NCBI RefSeq assembly: GCF_018350175.1
Contig: NC_058368.1
Coordinates: 128,404,001 to 128,468,000, forward strand
Source: Felis catus
Taxonomy: Eukaryota
Direction of reading: 5' to 3'
Length of the DNA stretch: 64,000 bases
A model generated the notes under the pieces. It did not search any database, was not told the origin of the DNA, and saw nothing but the letters and a program-made list of their open reading frames with translations. Position 1 is the first letter of the stretch. Every line of letters starts with the position of its first letter. This document shows positions 1 through 12,830 of the stretch, piece after piece. The translations under genes were made by a program, and so were the position numbers.

Positions 1-1647
1 TTTATCAGTATCCCCACAACTATGACATGGAAACCTGGACATTCATTCTTGACTTTTATGGGAGGAGTGGGTACAGAGACTCTGAGATACTCATCCAGCT
101 CCAAAGGGTCTAAGCTCCCAGAGACTTTATACAGAAACAAATCCTAAAGATTTAGATGTTCACTAACCGCAGATGTATTTGAAGAACTGCAAGGATTTAC
201 AGATTGACAGGTGCCTTGACAAAGGTAAGAGTTAGACTCCAGACCTCAATAAAAGAAAATGTTAAACATCAGTAAAGATTCTAAATGCAAAGGGGTGAAG
301 GGAGAGATCCAAGATGGCAGCATGGGAAGACCCCGAACTCACCTCATCCCAGAGACAAATGGAATCTACACCTACATGTACAGCAATTGCTCCTAAAGAA
401 CTGAGGGTCAGTGAACAGCTTCTGCACACCCAAGGATAGAGGGACCACACAGAAAATGGGCAGGAGAGACAGAGACAAGGTGATGATGAGAACACCACCC
501 CCCCTCCACACTATAAACTGCGGAAGGAAGGGATGGCAACAGAGGGCCCTCAGCAGATTTGCACAACCTGGGGCACAGCAAAAAATAGCAGTTTCAAGGG
601 CAACTAGACTTTGAGTGGAGGAATCCCATTTACTAACCCTAGAGCACCCACGGAACAGTGCGGGAACTGCTTAAACTCTCTCGAAGGTTGGAGATGCCAG
701 TGAGGGTCCTGTTTTTGTTCCTCCCCTATCTTGACAGCACAGAGGGGGGCAGGGCCAAGGCACTCTAGCCAGCCTGCTGCCTCAGCAAGCACAGGGTCCC
801 TGGCCCACACCAGCTCCAGCCATGCTGCCAAGGTGGCCACCCCACCCACACCTGTCCCAGCTCCACCCAGCCCAACAAGGGCTACCGCACGGTCCACTCT
901 GGGAAACCTCCCGGCCCATGCCTCCTCTAGCTCCAGCCATCCCACCAGCATGTCCCCTCTGCAGGGTCCTCCACCCCACTCCAGCTCCGGCTGCACACAG
1001 CCAGCCCAAACCACCTCATTCACAGAAACATATACACAAAGTGTATACGAGGAGACAGAAGAATATACTCCAAACGAATTAACAAAACCTCTGAAAAAGA
1101 ACTAAATACAATAGTGATAAGCAATCTACCTGATAAAGAGTTCAAAGTAATGCTCATAAAGATGTTCACCAGACTGGAGAGAAGAGTGGTTGAACTTAGT
1201 GAGAACTTCAACAAAGTGATAAAATATAAAAAAGAACCACCAGAGCTGAAGAACGCAATAACTGAAATAAAAAAACACACTGGAGGGAATTAAGAGCAGA
1301 TTAAAGGATGCAGATGAACGAATCAGCATTCTGGAACATGGGGTAAGAGACAACACCCAAGCTGAAGAGCAAAAAGAAAACAGAATTTTAAAAACTGATG
1401 ATAATAGGTTAAGGGACCTCTGGGACCACATCACATTAAGGGACCTCTGGTACAACAAGCATACTAACATTCACATTTTAAGGGTCCCAGAAGAAGACAG
1501 ACAGAAAGTCACAGAAACTTATTTGAAGAAAAGTTCCCTAACCTGGGGAAAAAAATGTCCATCCAGGTCCCAATAAGACACCTAATAATTAAAATGCCCA
1601 AAATTAAAAATAAAAAGAGAATCTTAACAGGAGCAACAGAAAAATAA

Positions 1648-1988
1648 CAATGAAGCCCTTAAACAATGTGGGGGTTAGGAGCAATGACACCCCACTCACT
1701 GCCCTCATGCACCCCAAACCCAAGTCTAACTTTGACTCTCCCAAAACTTAACTACGAATAGCCTACCAGTGACCAGAGCCTTGCCGATGAACATAAACAG
1801 TCAATTAACATATATTTTGTGTATTATATGTCATATACTATATTCCTACAATAAAGTAAGCTAGAGAAAAGAAAATGTTATTGAGAAAATCATAAAGAAA
1901 AAAATACATTTATAATACTGTACTGCAAAACATCCACGTATAAGTAGACCCATGCAGTCAAACCCCGTGTTGTTCAAGGGTCAGCTGT
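1648..1988. mobile_element. Tigger2a-like MITE (TcMar-Tigger) inserted in L1 ORF1
   Basis: Right end TGTTGTTCAAGGGTCAGCTG resembles the Tigger2 TIR; degenerate left TIR GCCCTTAAACAA; homologous to the copy at 19095-20448 in the opposite orientation. Confidence 0.8.
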
Positions 1989-2563
1989 GGTTATAAACAA
2001 CAGAAACTCCCTAAGGCTGTCAATTGATTTTTCGGCAGAAACTGTGTAGGCCACACAGGAGTGGCATAATATATTCAAAGAGCTGAAAGGAAAACACCTA
2101 TAACCAAGTTACTCAGCCCAATAAGGTTATCATTCAAAATTGAAGGGGAGATAAAGAATTTCCTAGACAAACAAAAGTTAAAGGAGTTTATCACCATTAA
2201 AGCAGCCTTACAAGAAATGTTAAAGGAATTTCTTTAAGTAGAAAAGGCCAATAAGTATAAGGCAATTCTGAAATGAAAAAAATACACAGGTGGGAGAATA
2301 TAAATGTCGGTTTTTAGAATGTGCTCAAACTTAAGTGACCATAGACTTAATACAGACTGCTATATATTTAGGATATTATAAATAAACCTCAAAACAGCCA
2401 AAAACCAAAAAGAATAAAATACCTAGAAATAAATTTAACCAAGGGGGTAAAAGATGCACTCTAAAAACTCTAAGAAACTGATGAAAGAAACTGAAGACAA
2501 CAGAAACAAATGAAAAGATACATCATGCTCATGGATTGGAAGGTAATATGGTTAAAATGTTGA

Positions 2564-2770
2564 GAGGCACCTGGGTGGCTCAGTCAGTTAAGCGTCCGAC
2601 TCAGTTTCAGCTCAGGTCATGATCTTATGGTTTCATGAGTTCGAGCACCACACACCAGGCTCTGCACTGGCAATGGGGAGCCTGCTTGGAATTCTCTCTC
2701 TCTCTCTGCCCCTTCCCTACTCAAGCTGTCTCTGTTTCTCTGAAAATAAATAAATAAACTTAAAAAAAAT
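2564..2770 (+). mobile_element. CanSINE
   Basis: tRNA-derived head, CT tract, A tail; outer TSD ttaaa(at/g)gttga at 2552-2563 and 3002-3012. Confidence 0.9.
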
Positions 2771-2986
2771 TTTTTTTAATTTTTTTTTAATCTTTATTTA
2801 TTTTTGAGAGAGAGACAGAGTGTGAGCAGGGGAGGAGCTGAGGGGAGGGAGACACAGAATCAGAAGCAGGCTCCAGGCCCTGAGCTGTCAGCACAGAGCC
2901 TGATGTGGGGCCCGAACTCATGAACTGTGAGATCATGACCTGAGCTGAAGTCAGACGCTTAACTGACTGACCAACCGAGGCGCCCC
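2771..2986 (-). mobile_element. CanSINE (SINEC_Fc-like) in the tail of the previous SINE
   Basis: Reverse-complement SINE body ending GGCGCCCC. Confidence 0.9.
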
Positions 2987-4227
2987 TAAAATAAAAATTT
3001 TTTAAAGGTTGATACTATCCAAAGCAATCTACAGGTTTAATGCAATCTCTATTAAAATTCCAATGATAATTTTCACAGGACTAGATAGAACAACTAATCC
3101 TAAATTTTGTATGGAACCACAAAACACTCTGAAGAGTCAAAGCAATCTAGAGAAAGAAGAACAAAGCTGGAAGTATCACAAACCCAGATTTCAAACTATA
3201 CTGCAAAGTTATAGTAATCAAAACAGTATGGTATTAGCATGAAAATAGACACGTAGATGAAAAGAAGAGGACAGACAGCCCAGGAATAAACCCAAGCCTA
3301 TAGGGTCAACAAATAGACAACAGAGGAGGCAAGAACATACAATGGGGGAAAAGGTGGTCTTTTCAATCAACAGTGCTGGGAAAACTGGACAGCTACATGT
3401 GAAAAGAATGAAACTGAACCACTTTCTTACACCATACACAAAAATAAACTCAAAATGGATTAAAGTCCTCAATGTGAGACCTGAAACCATAAAAATCCCA
3501 AAAGAAAACATAGGCAGTAATTTCCTAGATATTGCCCTTAGCAACATATTTATGCCTCCTCAGGCAAGGGAAACAAAAAATAAATAAATAAACTTTTGAG
3601 ACTACATCAAACTGAAAAGCTTTTGCACAACAAAAGAAACCATCAACAGAACAAACAGGCTACCCACTAAGTAGGGGCAGATATTTGCAAATGATGCATC
3701 TGATTGGGGGTTAATACCCAAAATATATAAAGAACTACAACTCAATAGCAAAAAACCCAAATAATCCAACTAAAAATGGGCAAAGGACTTGCAGAGACAT
3801 TTTCCCAAAGACATAACCAGTGTCCAAAAGACACATGGAAAGATGCTCAACATCACTAATCACCAGAGAAATGTAAATCAAAACCATGAGATACCACCTC
3901 ACACCAGTCAGAATGGCTAGAATCAAAAAGAAACAGCAAGGGTTGGGAAGATGTGGAGAAAAGGGAGCCCTTGTGCAGTGTTGGTGGAAATGTAAGCTGG
4001 TGCAGCCACTGTGGAAATCCACATGAAGGTATCTCAAAAAATTAAAAAGAAATACCATATGACCCAGTAATTCCATATTAGGGTATTCACCTGAAGAAAA
4101 CAAAAACACTAATTTAAAAAGATATATGCACCTCTATGTTTATTGCAGAAGTATTTACGATGGCCAAGATATGGAAGGAGCCCAAGTGTCCATCAACTGA
4201 CAAATGGATAAAGAAGATGAAAGAGAG

Positions 4228-4294
4228 AGGAAGGAAGGAAGGAAGGAAGGAAGGAAGGAAGGAAGGAAGGAAGGAAGGAAGGAAGGAAGGAAGG
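4228..4294 (+). repeat. (GGAA)n microsatellite
   Basis: Tetranucleotide run inside L1. Confidence 0.95.
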
Positions 4295-5714
4295 ATTTCC
4301 AGCTATAAAAAAGAATGAAATCTTGTCATTCACAACAACATAGGTGGACCCAAGGAGTATTATGCTAAGTGAAATAAATCAGACCGAGAAAGACAAATAC
4401 CATATGATTTCACTTACGCATGGAATCTAAAAACAAAACAAATGAACAATAACAACAACAAAAACAAACTCATAAAGACAAAGAACAAACTGGTGTTTGC
4501 TGGAGGGGAGCGGGGAGAGAAATTGGTAAAACAGGCAAAAGAGATTAAGAGGTACAAAATTCTTGTTATAAAGTAAATAAGTCATGAATAAAAAGTACAG
4601 AAGAAATATAATCAATAATATTGTAATAACTCTGTATGGTGACGGAGAATAACTATACTAATCGTGGTAAGCACTTTGTAATGTATATAACTGTTCATCA
4701 CTACGTCATACACCTGAAACTAACATAATACTATATGTCAACTATACTTTGATTAAAAATAAACTTTAAAAGTTAAAGTCTGCTCCACAACCACATATTT
4801 AAGAAACTGCACCAAATTTATCCCTATGACTTCCTGACCTTAAACTTCTCCAGTCAGGCCATTCTCCTCTCTCCTCTCCTAGGAAAGCCCACTTAGACAT
4901 TTCTGAACAATAGCCTCAGTCTTGCTATCCTTGTCACCTGAAATACCCTCTCTCTTCTCATTAACCAGATCCCACCACATTCTTGGGACCCAGGTTGAAG
5001 TCTTCCACCTCCTGCTCCATGAGATCTCAAAACACTCCCACAGCAAGTGAGTCACAAACACAAATCCTGCAGTGGCCAGGCAGACAATATCACCATGATA
5101 CAGTGCGGTATAATGGAAGGGAATGGTGGCAAGAATATCAAGTGCAGTGGTTTGCCCCAACTAAAGACTTTCAGGTTCACAATTTCTTAAGACACTGTGT
5201 CAAAGCTCAGAATTATTAGGAGCCTCTGGGGAAAGGAACTGGGTAGCTGGAGGAGAGAGGTGGAATGGAGATTTTTTCATTGCAAATACTCTATTACACT
5301 TTGTAAATTTTGAACTACATTAAAGTATTATCTTCCCAAAATACCCAAAATTGGGAAAAAAAAAAAAAATGAGATGAAAACATTTTAATCACTAAAAACA
5401 CTATGCCAGTGAGACAAAACAGACGTGTCAATCCAAGGGCTATCAGTGTAACACCTCTAATTTATTACTTGTTTTGGTTCATTTTGGTTAATTAATTAAA
5501 TAACACCCTGTTTCTGCTACTTATCTTTTTCATATATGTATACTCTATCTCTCCAGAGAATGCCAAGTTAGGGAGGAAATGAATCATGTTATATTGCATT
5601 AGAATGACAAACACGTGGGAAAACTACTGAATATTTGGAAACATAAACATTTAGAATTTTAAAAGTCCTTAAAGATCTAGGTTATCACGTCATTTTATTT
5701 ATTTTTCTGTTCAT

Positions 5715-8700
5715 TCTTTTTATTTATATATATAAAATTTATTGTCAAATTGGTTTCCATAAATACCCAGTGCTCATCCCCAACAGGTGCCCTCCTCAAT
5801 GCCCATCACCCACTTTCCCCTCTCCCCCACCCCCCCATCAACCCTCGGTTTGTTCTCAGTATTTAAGAGTCTCTTATGGTTTGTCTCCTTCCCCCTCTAT
5901 AACTTTCTTTTTTCCCCTTCCCCGCCCCCATGGTCTTAAGTTTCTCAGGATCCACATAAGAGTGAAAACATATGGTATCTGTGTTTCTCTGCCTGACTTA
6001 TTTCACTTAGAATACTCTCCAGTTCCATCCATATTGCTACAAATGGCCAGATTTCCTTCTTTCTCATTGCCAAGTAGTATTCCATTGTATATATAAACCA
6101 CAACTTCTTTATCCATTCATCAGTTGATGGACATTTAGCTCTTTCCATAATTTGGCTATTGTTGAAAGTGCTGCTATCAACATTGGGGTACAAGTGCCCC
6201 TATGCATCAGCACTCCTGTGTCCCTTGGGTAAATTCCTAGCAGTGCTATTGCTGGGTCATAGGCTGGATCTATTTTTAATTTTTTGAGGAACCTCCACAC
6301 TGTTTTCCAGAGCAGCTGCACCAGTTTGCATCCCCACCAACAGTGCAAGAGGGTTCCCGTTTCTCCACATCCTTGCCAGCATCTATAGTCTCCTGATTTG
6401 TTCATTTTAGCCACTCTGACCAGCGTGAGATGGTATCTCAGTGTGGTTTAGATTTGTATTTCCCTGATGAGGAGTGACGTTGAGCATCTTTTCATGTGCC
6501 TGTTGGCCATCTGGATGTCTTCTTTAGAGAAGTGTCTATTCATGTTTTCTGCCCATTTCTTCACTGGATTATTTGTTTTTCAGATGTTTTTTGGAGTCTG
6601 GTGAGTTCTTTATAGATTTTGGATACTAGCCTTTTATCCAATACGTCATTTGCAAATACCTTTTCCCATTCCATTGGTTGCCTTTTAGTTTTCTTGACTG
6701 TTTCCTTTGCAGTGCAGAAGCTTTTTATCTTCATGAGGTCCCAATAGTTCATTTTTGCTTTTAATTCCCTTGCCTTTAGAGATGTGTCGAGTAAGAAATT
6801 GCTGCAACTGAGGTCAGAGAGGTTTTTTCCTGCTTTTGCCTGTAGGGTTTTGATGGTTTCCTGTCTCACAGTCAGGTCCTTCATCCATGTTGAGTTTGTT
6901 TTTGTGAGTGGTGTAAGAAAGTGGTCTAGTTTCAACCTTCTGCATGTTGCTGTCCAGTTCTCCCAGCACCATTTGTTAAAGAGACTGTCTTTTTCCATTG
7001 GATATTCTTTCCTGCTTTGTCAAAGATTAGTTGGCCATACATTTGTGGGTCCAATTCTGGAGTCTCTATTCTATTCCATTGGTCTATGTGTCTGTTTATG
7101 TGCCAATACCATACTGTCTTGATGATTATAGCTTTGTACTAGAGGCTAAAGTCTGGGATTGTGATGCCTCCCACTTTGGTCATCTTCTTCAATATTACTT
7201 TGGCTATTCGGGGTCTTTTGTGGTTCCATACAAATTGTAGGATTGCTTGTTCTAGCTTGGAGAAGAATGCTGGTGCAATTTTGATTGGGATTGCACTGAA
7301 TGTGTAGATTGGGTAGTATTGACATTTTAACAATATTTATACTTCCAATCCATGACCATGAATATTTTTCCACGTTCCATGTGCACTCAAGAAGAAAGTA
7401 TATTCTGTTGCGTTGGGATGCAGAGTTCTAAATATATGTCAAGTCCATCTGATCCAGTGTATCATTCAGGGCCCTTGTTTCTTTATTGATCCTGGGTCTA
7501 GATGATCTACCCATTGTTGTAAGTGGGGTATTAAAGTCCCCTGCAATGATCACATTCTTATCAATAAGGTTGCTTATGTTTGTGATTGTTTTATATATTT
7601 GGGGGCTTCCGAATTCAGTGCATAGACATTTATAATTGTTAGCTCTTCCTGATGGGTAGACCCTGTAATTATTATATAATGCCCTTCCTCATCTCTTGTT
7701 ACAGCCTTTAATTTAAAGTCTAGTTTGTCTGATATAACTATGGCTACTCCAGCTTTCTTTTGACTTCCAGTACCATGATAGATAGTTCTCCATCCTCTCA
7801 CTTTCAATCTGAAGGTATGCTCAGGTCTAAAATTAGTCTCTTATAGACAGCAAATAGATGGGTCTTGTTTTTTTTTTTTTTTTTTTTATCCATTCTGATA
7901 CCCTATGTCTTTTGGTTGGAGCATTTAGTCCATTTACATTCAGTGTTATTATTGAAAGATACAGGTTTAGAGTCATTGTGATGTCTGTAGGTTTCATGCT
8001 TGTAGTGATGTCTCTGGTACTTTGTGGTCCTTGCAACATTTCACTCACTGAGTCCCCCTTAGGACCTCTTGTAGGGCTGGTTTAGGGGTGATGAGTTCCT
8101 TCAGTTTTTGTTTGTTTGGGAAAACCTTTATCTCTCCTTCTACTCTGAATGACAGACTTGCTGGGTAAAGGATTCTTGGCTGCATATTTTTTTCTGTTCA
8201 TCACGTTGAAGATTTCCTGCCATTCCTTTCTGGCCTGCCAAGTTTCAGTACATAGGTCTGCTACTACCCTTATGTGTCTACCTTTGTATGTTAAGGCCCA
8301 TTTATCCCTGACTGCTTTCAGAATTCTCTCTTTATCCTTGTATTTTGCCACTTTCACTATATGTCGTGCAGAAGATCGATTCAAGTTACGTCTGAAGGGA
8401 GTTCTCTGTGCCTCTTGGATTTCAATGCCTTTTTCCTTCCCCAGATCAGGGAAGTTCTCAGCTATGATTTGTTCAAGTACACCTTCAGCCCCTTTCTCTT
8501 CATCTTCTGGAATTCTTATTATACGGATACTGTTCCATTTGATTGCATCACTTAGTTCTCTAATTCTCCCCCTCGTACACCTGGATTTTTTTTTAATCTC
8601 TTTTTCTCAGCTTCCTCTTTTCCCATAATTTTATCTTCTAATTCACCTATTCTCACCTCTGCCTTTTCAATCCGCACTGTGGCCACCTCCATTTTATCTT

Positions 8701-9322
8701 GTACCTCATTTACAGCATTTTTTAATTCATTATGATTATTTTTTAGTCCCTTGATCTCTGTAGCAATATATTCTCTGCTGTACTCTATGCTTTTTTCAAG
8801 CCCAGCAATTAATTTTATGACTATTATTCTAAATTCTTGTTCAGTTATATTGCTTAAATCAGTTTTGATCAATTCATTAGCTGTGGCTACTTCCTGGAAT
8901 TTCTTTTGAGGAGTATTCTTCCATTTCATCACTTTGGCTAGTTTTCTGTCCCTTAGGCATTTTAAAAACTTGTTGTGTGCTCTGCACCTGTGAGCACTGC
9001 TATATTAAAGGAGGGTCATACACTGTCCAGGGCCTGGCCCTTCAGGAGGTGTTTTTTCTCAGACTGTTACTTGCTTTCTGTTATTGTGACTTTGGTTATT
9101 TTATTACCGTACTCATAGTGATATTTTGGACCCTCCACCGGGTGTGCTTTGATTTGTTCCTTGCAGTAGCCCTTTTTTCCAGCTTTCCCATTTTCTTCCT
9201 GGTAGATTCAGTCTCTTTTCCTCCCAGGCTCTGATGTTCAAAGTCCTTTGGCTTCTGCACTTCTTTGTTTGAGAGACACAGGAAGTATGGACCCCCTACT
9301 TCTCCCCCATGTTGGCCCCTCC
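5715..9322 (-). mobile_element. Felid-type L1 with both ends present but large internal deletions
   Basis: ORF1 peptides (8082-8932), endonuclease peptides (7574-8048), ORF2 C-terminal peptides (5945-7373); 5' end GGAGGGGCCAACATGG at 9322; RT region missing at junction ~7371. Confidence 0.93.
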
Positions 9323-9589
9323 AATTATGACAGGACAACGACCCAGGATTTGATGAAAAGAACAAAAGAAAAACAAAATCACACACACATTTTGAGCTTA
9401 CTATGAGAATACAGGATGCCCACTAGAGGGAGCCATAGTCCATTAACTTGAAGGTGAGGTCCATAAAAGTGTTCCCCTCAAAGGGATAATGAAAACATTT
9501 TCCCAGGGCCACAGGATGTGACTAAAGAGCCATTCAAATTTCTTTCTCCAGAGGTACAAACAGAGATCTTCAAATCTCCAGCATTAAAA

Positions 9590-10840
9590 AAAATGTTATT
9601 AGCATACAGTAAAATTGATGTGGTTTTTTTTGGTCCACAATTCTATCAATTTTAATACATGTATACATTTGTACAACCACCACAATCAGGAAACAGAACA
9701 GTTCCATTTTTCCCAAGAACTCACTCCTCTGATTTTACAGTCACATCTCCCCCCAACACACACAGTGGCATTCCATTTTATAGATGTAAAATGTTTATCC
9801 ACTCACCCACTGAAGAACATCTGGTTTGTTTTCAGCTCCTGGCAATTACTATAGAGCTGCTATCAATATTCATGTACAAGTTTTTGTGTGAAATTAAGTT
9901 TTCATTTTTCTAGGGTAAATGCCCAAGCATGGGAATACTGAGTTATACAGTACATAGAGGTTCAACTCTAAAAGAAAATGCCAAACTTCTCTCCACAGTG
10001 ATAACCAATCCAAGCTTCCTACCACAAGTAGAGCAGATTTCCAACTGCTCTGCATCCTCTCTAGTGCTTGATATTGTCAGTATTTTTATTTTAACCATTC
10101 CCATAATATGTAGTAGTATCTTATCCAGGTTTAATTTGCATCTCCCTAATACTAATCATAAAAATCATTTTAGGCATCAGTAGCTCTTGAGTTATCTTTG
10201 GTGAAATGTCCATTTAAGTGTTCTGTTCATTTTTTAATTGGGTTGTTTGTCTTCTTACTGTTGAGTTTTTTAAGTTCTTTATATATTCTTGATACCAGTC
10301 CATTGTCATATATATGGCTTGCAAAGTCTCTCCCCATCTGTACCTTGTCTCCTCAGCCTCTTAATAGTGTCTTTCACAGAGCAAAGGTTTTTAATTTTGA
10401 TGAAGTCCAAATTATCATGTTTTTTTTTCTTTTATGAATCATGCTTTTGGTGTCATGTCTAAGAACTCTTTACCTAACCCCAAGGCATGAAGAGCTTCTC
10501 TGGTTTCTCTAAATTTTTCCTAGTTTTACATTTAAATCTATGATTCACTTTTAATTAACTTTTGCATAAAGTACACAGTTTACATTTGAGGTTCATTTTT
10601 TTAATATAGAGGATATATATCTAATTGATCTAACACCATTTGCTGAAAAGACTACTCTTTTTTCCTTTAAACTGCTTTTACGCTTCTGTCAAAAACCAAG
10701 TGGCCAAGTTTGTGTGTGATTCTGGACCACCAATTCTGTGCCAGCAATCTAAGCATCCATTCCTTCACCAACACCACCGTCTCCATTACTGTAGCTTTAT
10801 GTAATAAGTCTTAAAACTGGGCAGCATGAGTCTTGCTTTT
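9590..10840 (-). mobile_element. Old L1M 3' fragment
   Basis: Degenerate ORF2 3' end and 3' UTR similarity. Confidence 0.75.
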
Positions 10841-12046
10841 GTAAACTAAGAATGTGGAAGTAACATTATTCAATAGAGCTGGCAATATCTACCTAACAAA
10901 TTCTAGTTTCAAATTAAAATCAGTATTTTAGAAATAGGACAGGAAAAAAAGCAAATATGAAGGAAAGGGAACAGAAAGAATACAGGAAACAAAGAGAAAG
11001 AAGTAGGAACATGAGAGAGACACACGTAAAGAGGTAGAAACAAAGGAAAAGAAGAGAAAAAGGGGACAGGGAAAGGTGGGAAAACAGAGGAAGTGGTTCC
11101 CTACACATCAGATCTCAACCACTAAAGCTGAGCCAAGCAAATTCCTATCTGTGAACACCAAACACCTTCCCACTTACACAATCCACCAGAGCTAGCATCA
11201 GTAATGAGAACAGGTCAAGGGCCAGGTATCTCACCAGACCAGGAACCTCATCGTCCTAAAAATCTACAGTAGGACAAACACTTTTCTCATTAAATCATTC
11301 AAAACAAGCAATTATCATAATATCGACTTCAATTTTTATATGACCCATTACATTAGTCTTAAATACTCCTATATAACTGCCTGTTCACATAAATAAACGG
11401 ACACATTTGATGATCAGCATGAACTTTCCTTAACTAGAACACTCCTGGTGTTTGGTTTAGATATTTCAAAGAGAAACATCCTTGGTTCTCTTTGGATGTA
11501 CTATCCACCCTGTCCACCTCCCAGGGTTGCCATGAAGATCAAAGGAGATCATGGAAGGGAAATTGCTTCATAAACTGAAATTTTTCATACAAATATATAT
11601 CAATGCCTCTCCTCATTAGAGGTATAGGACCAGGAAACTTTGTCAGACACAGATGAAAGCATCTGGCTCAACTACATAGACCCTTTAGTGAAATCTAAAA
11701 TGGTCTTTAGTAGCAGCAAATTCAGAATTCTTTCCAGACAACGGCATTATTAACAAGAAGGATGTGGTTCGGTAACTAGCTCTGGGCAGTTCTCTGCAAC
11801 ATCTCTGACAATGATGGACATTCAGATATTGGGATCTTGCTTTCCTTTCTTGCACGCTAAAATTCACTACTTCCTTCTATTTTCTATACTTACATCTTTG
11901 ATTCTGGGGGGAAAAAAATCATGGTTAACAAATGTAACTGTAGTCACAGAAGAAATATGACACACAGTCTTTAAGAACTAGAAATAAAATTTGGTACATT
12001 CCAAAATAAAAGCTTAACTTTCTGTTACAAAATTCTCCCACATATA

Positions 12047-12057
12047 CTGTGTGTGCA

Positions 12058-12095
<38 letters not shown>
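12047..12095 (+). repeat. (GT)n microsatellite
   Basis: Direct observation. Confidence 0.95.
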
Positions 12096-12102
<7 letters not shown>

Positions 12103-12257
12103 TCTTCAAAAAAATGCTGTAAGAGCCTTTGGTATTTCATGTAGCTTTGTAATTTGTAGTTCTGTAATTCACAAACCCAAGAAACCACCCACCTCCTGCT
12201 ATATTTGTAAGTGCTTAGGTTGATGATGTTTACCTCACTTCCTTTATTTGACAACTT

Positions 12258-12457
12258 ATTTTCTTTCTTTTAATGCTTATTTTTCAGGGACAGAGGGCAC
12301 GTGAGCAGAGAAGGGGCAGAGAGAGAGGGAGTGAGAGGATCCAAAGCAGGCTCCCCGCTGACAGCAGAGAACCCAATCTTGGGCTCAAACTCATGAACCG
12401 TAAGATCATAACTAAGCTGAAGTCAGACACTAAACCAACGGAGCCACCCAGTCATCC
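12258..12457 (-). mobile_element. CanSINE
   Basis: SINE body with TSD tttgacaa. Confidence 0.85.
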
Positions 12458-12639
12458 TTTGACAATTTTCTGAAGACAGAGGATCATTAACTGTATTACC
12501 TGGTACTTAAAACATTACTGGAATTCTGTAAATACATAAACGCATGTTGGGTACACCAAATGCATCTTGTTTATTACTGTGTGTTTACTCATCCAATCAC
12601 TATCTAATAACCTAAGTCAATCTCATGTTGTGGAAATGG

Positions 12640-12830
12640 AGGCAATATAGCCTATCGTAAGAACACAGGCTTCAGACATAGACACCTCAATTCAAATCCT
12701 GACTCTTACTACCAGCTGAGTGACTCTGCAGAAGTTAGTAACTGTGGCCTTAATAACTTCCTAATCTTTAAAATCAGGATAATACGCTACATCAACAGAT
12801 GCTGAATTAAATAACAATAACGTGAGAAGT
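12640..12830 (+). mobile_element. MIR remnant
   Basis: ttcaaatcctgactcttactaccagctgagtgact resembles the MIR core. Confidence 0.6.

Larger units (their letters stand above)
301..4765 (+). mobile_element. Decayed, internally deleted L1 (5' UTR, ORF1, 3' half of ORF2, 3' UTR) with nested Tigger MITE and SINEs
   Basis: Starts with CAAGATGGC (YY1-like L1 5' end); ORF1-like ~1050-2250; ORF2 C-terminal peptides ([32 protein letters not shown]); L1MA-like 3' end. Confidence 0.9.

Noticed and set aside
604..1105. Overlapping Pro/Ser/Ala-rich ORFs
   Set aside because: Lie in the GC-rich L1 5' UTR; composition artefact
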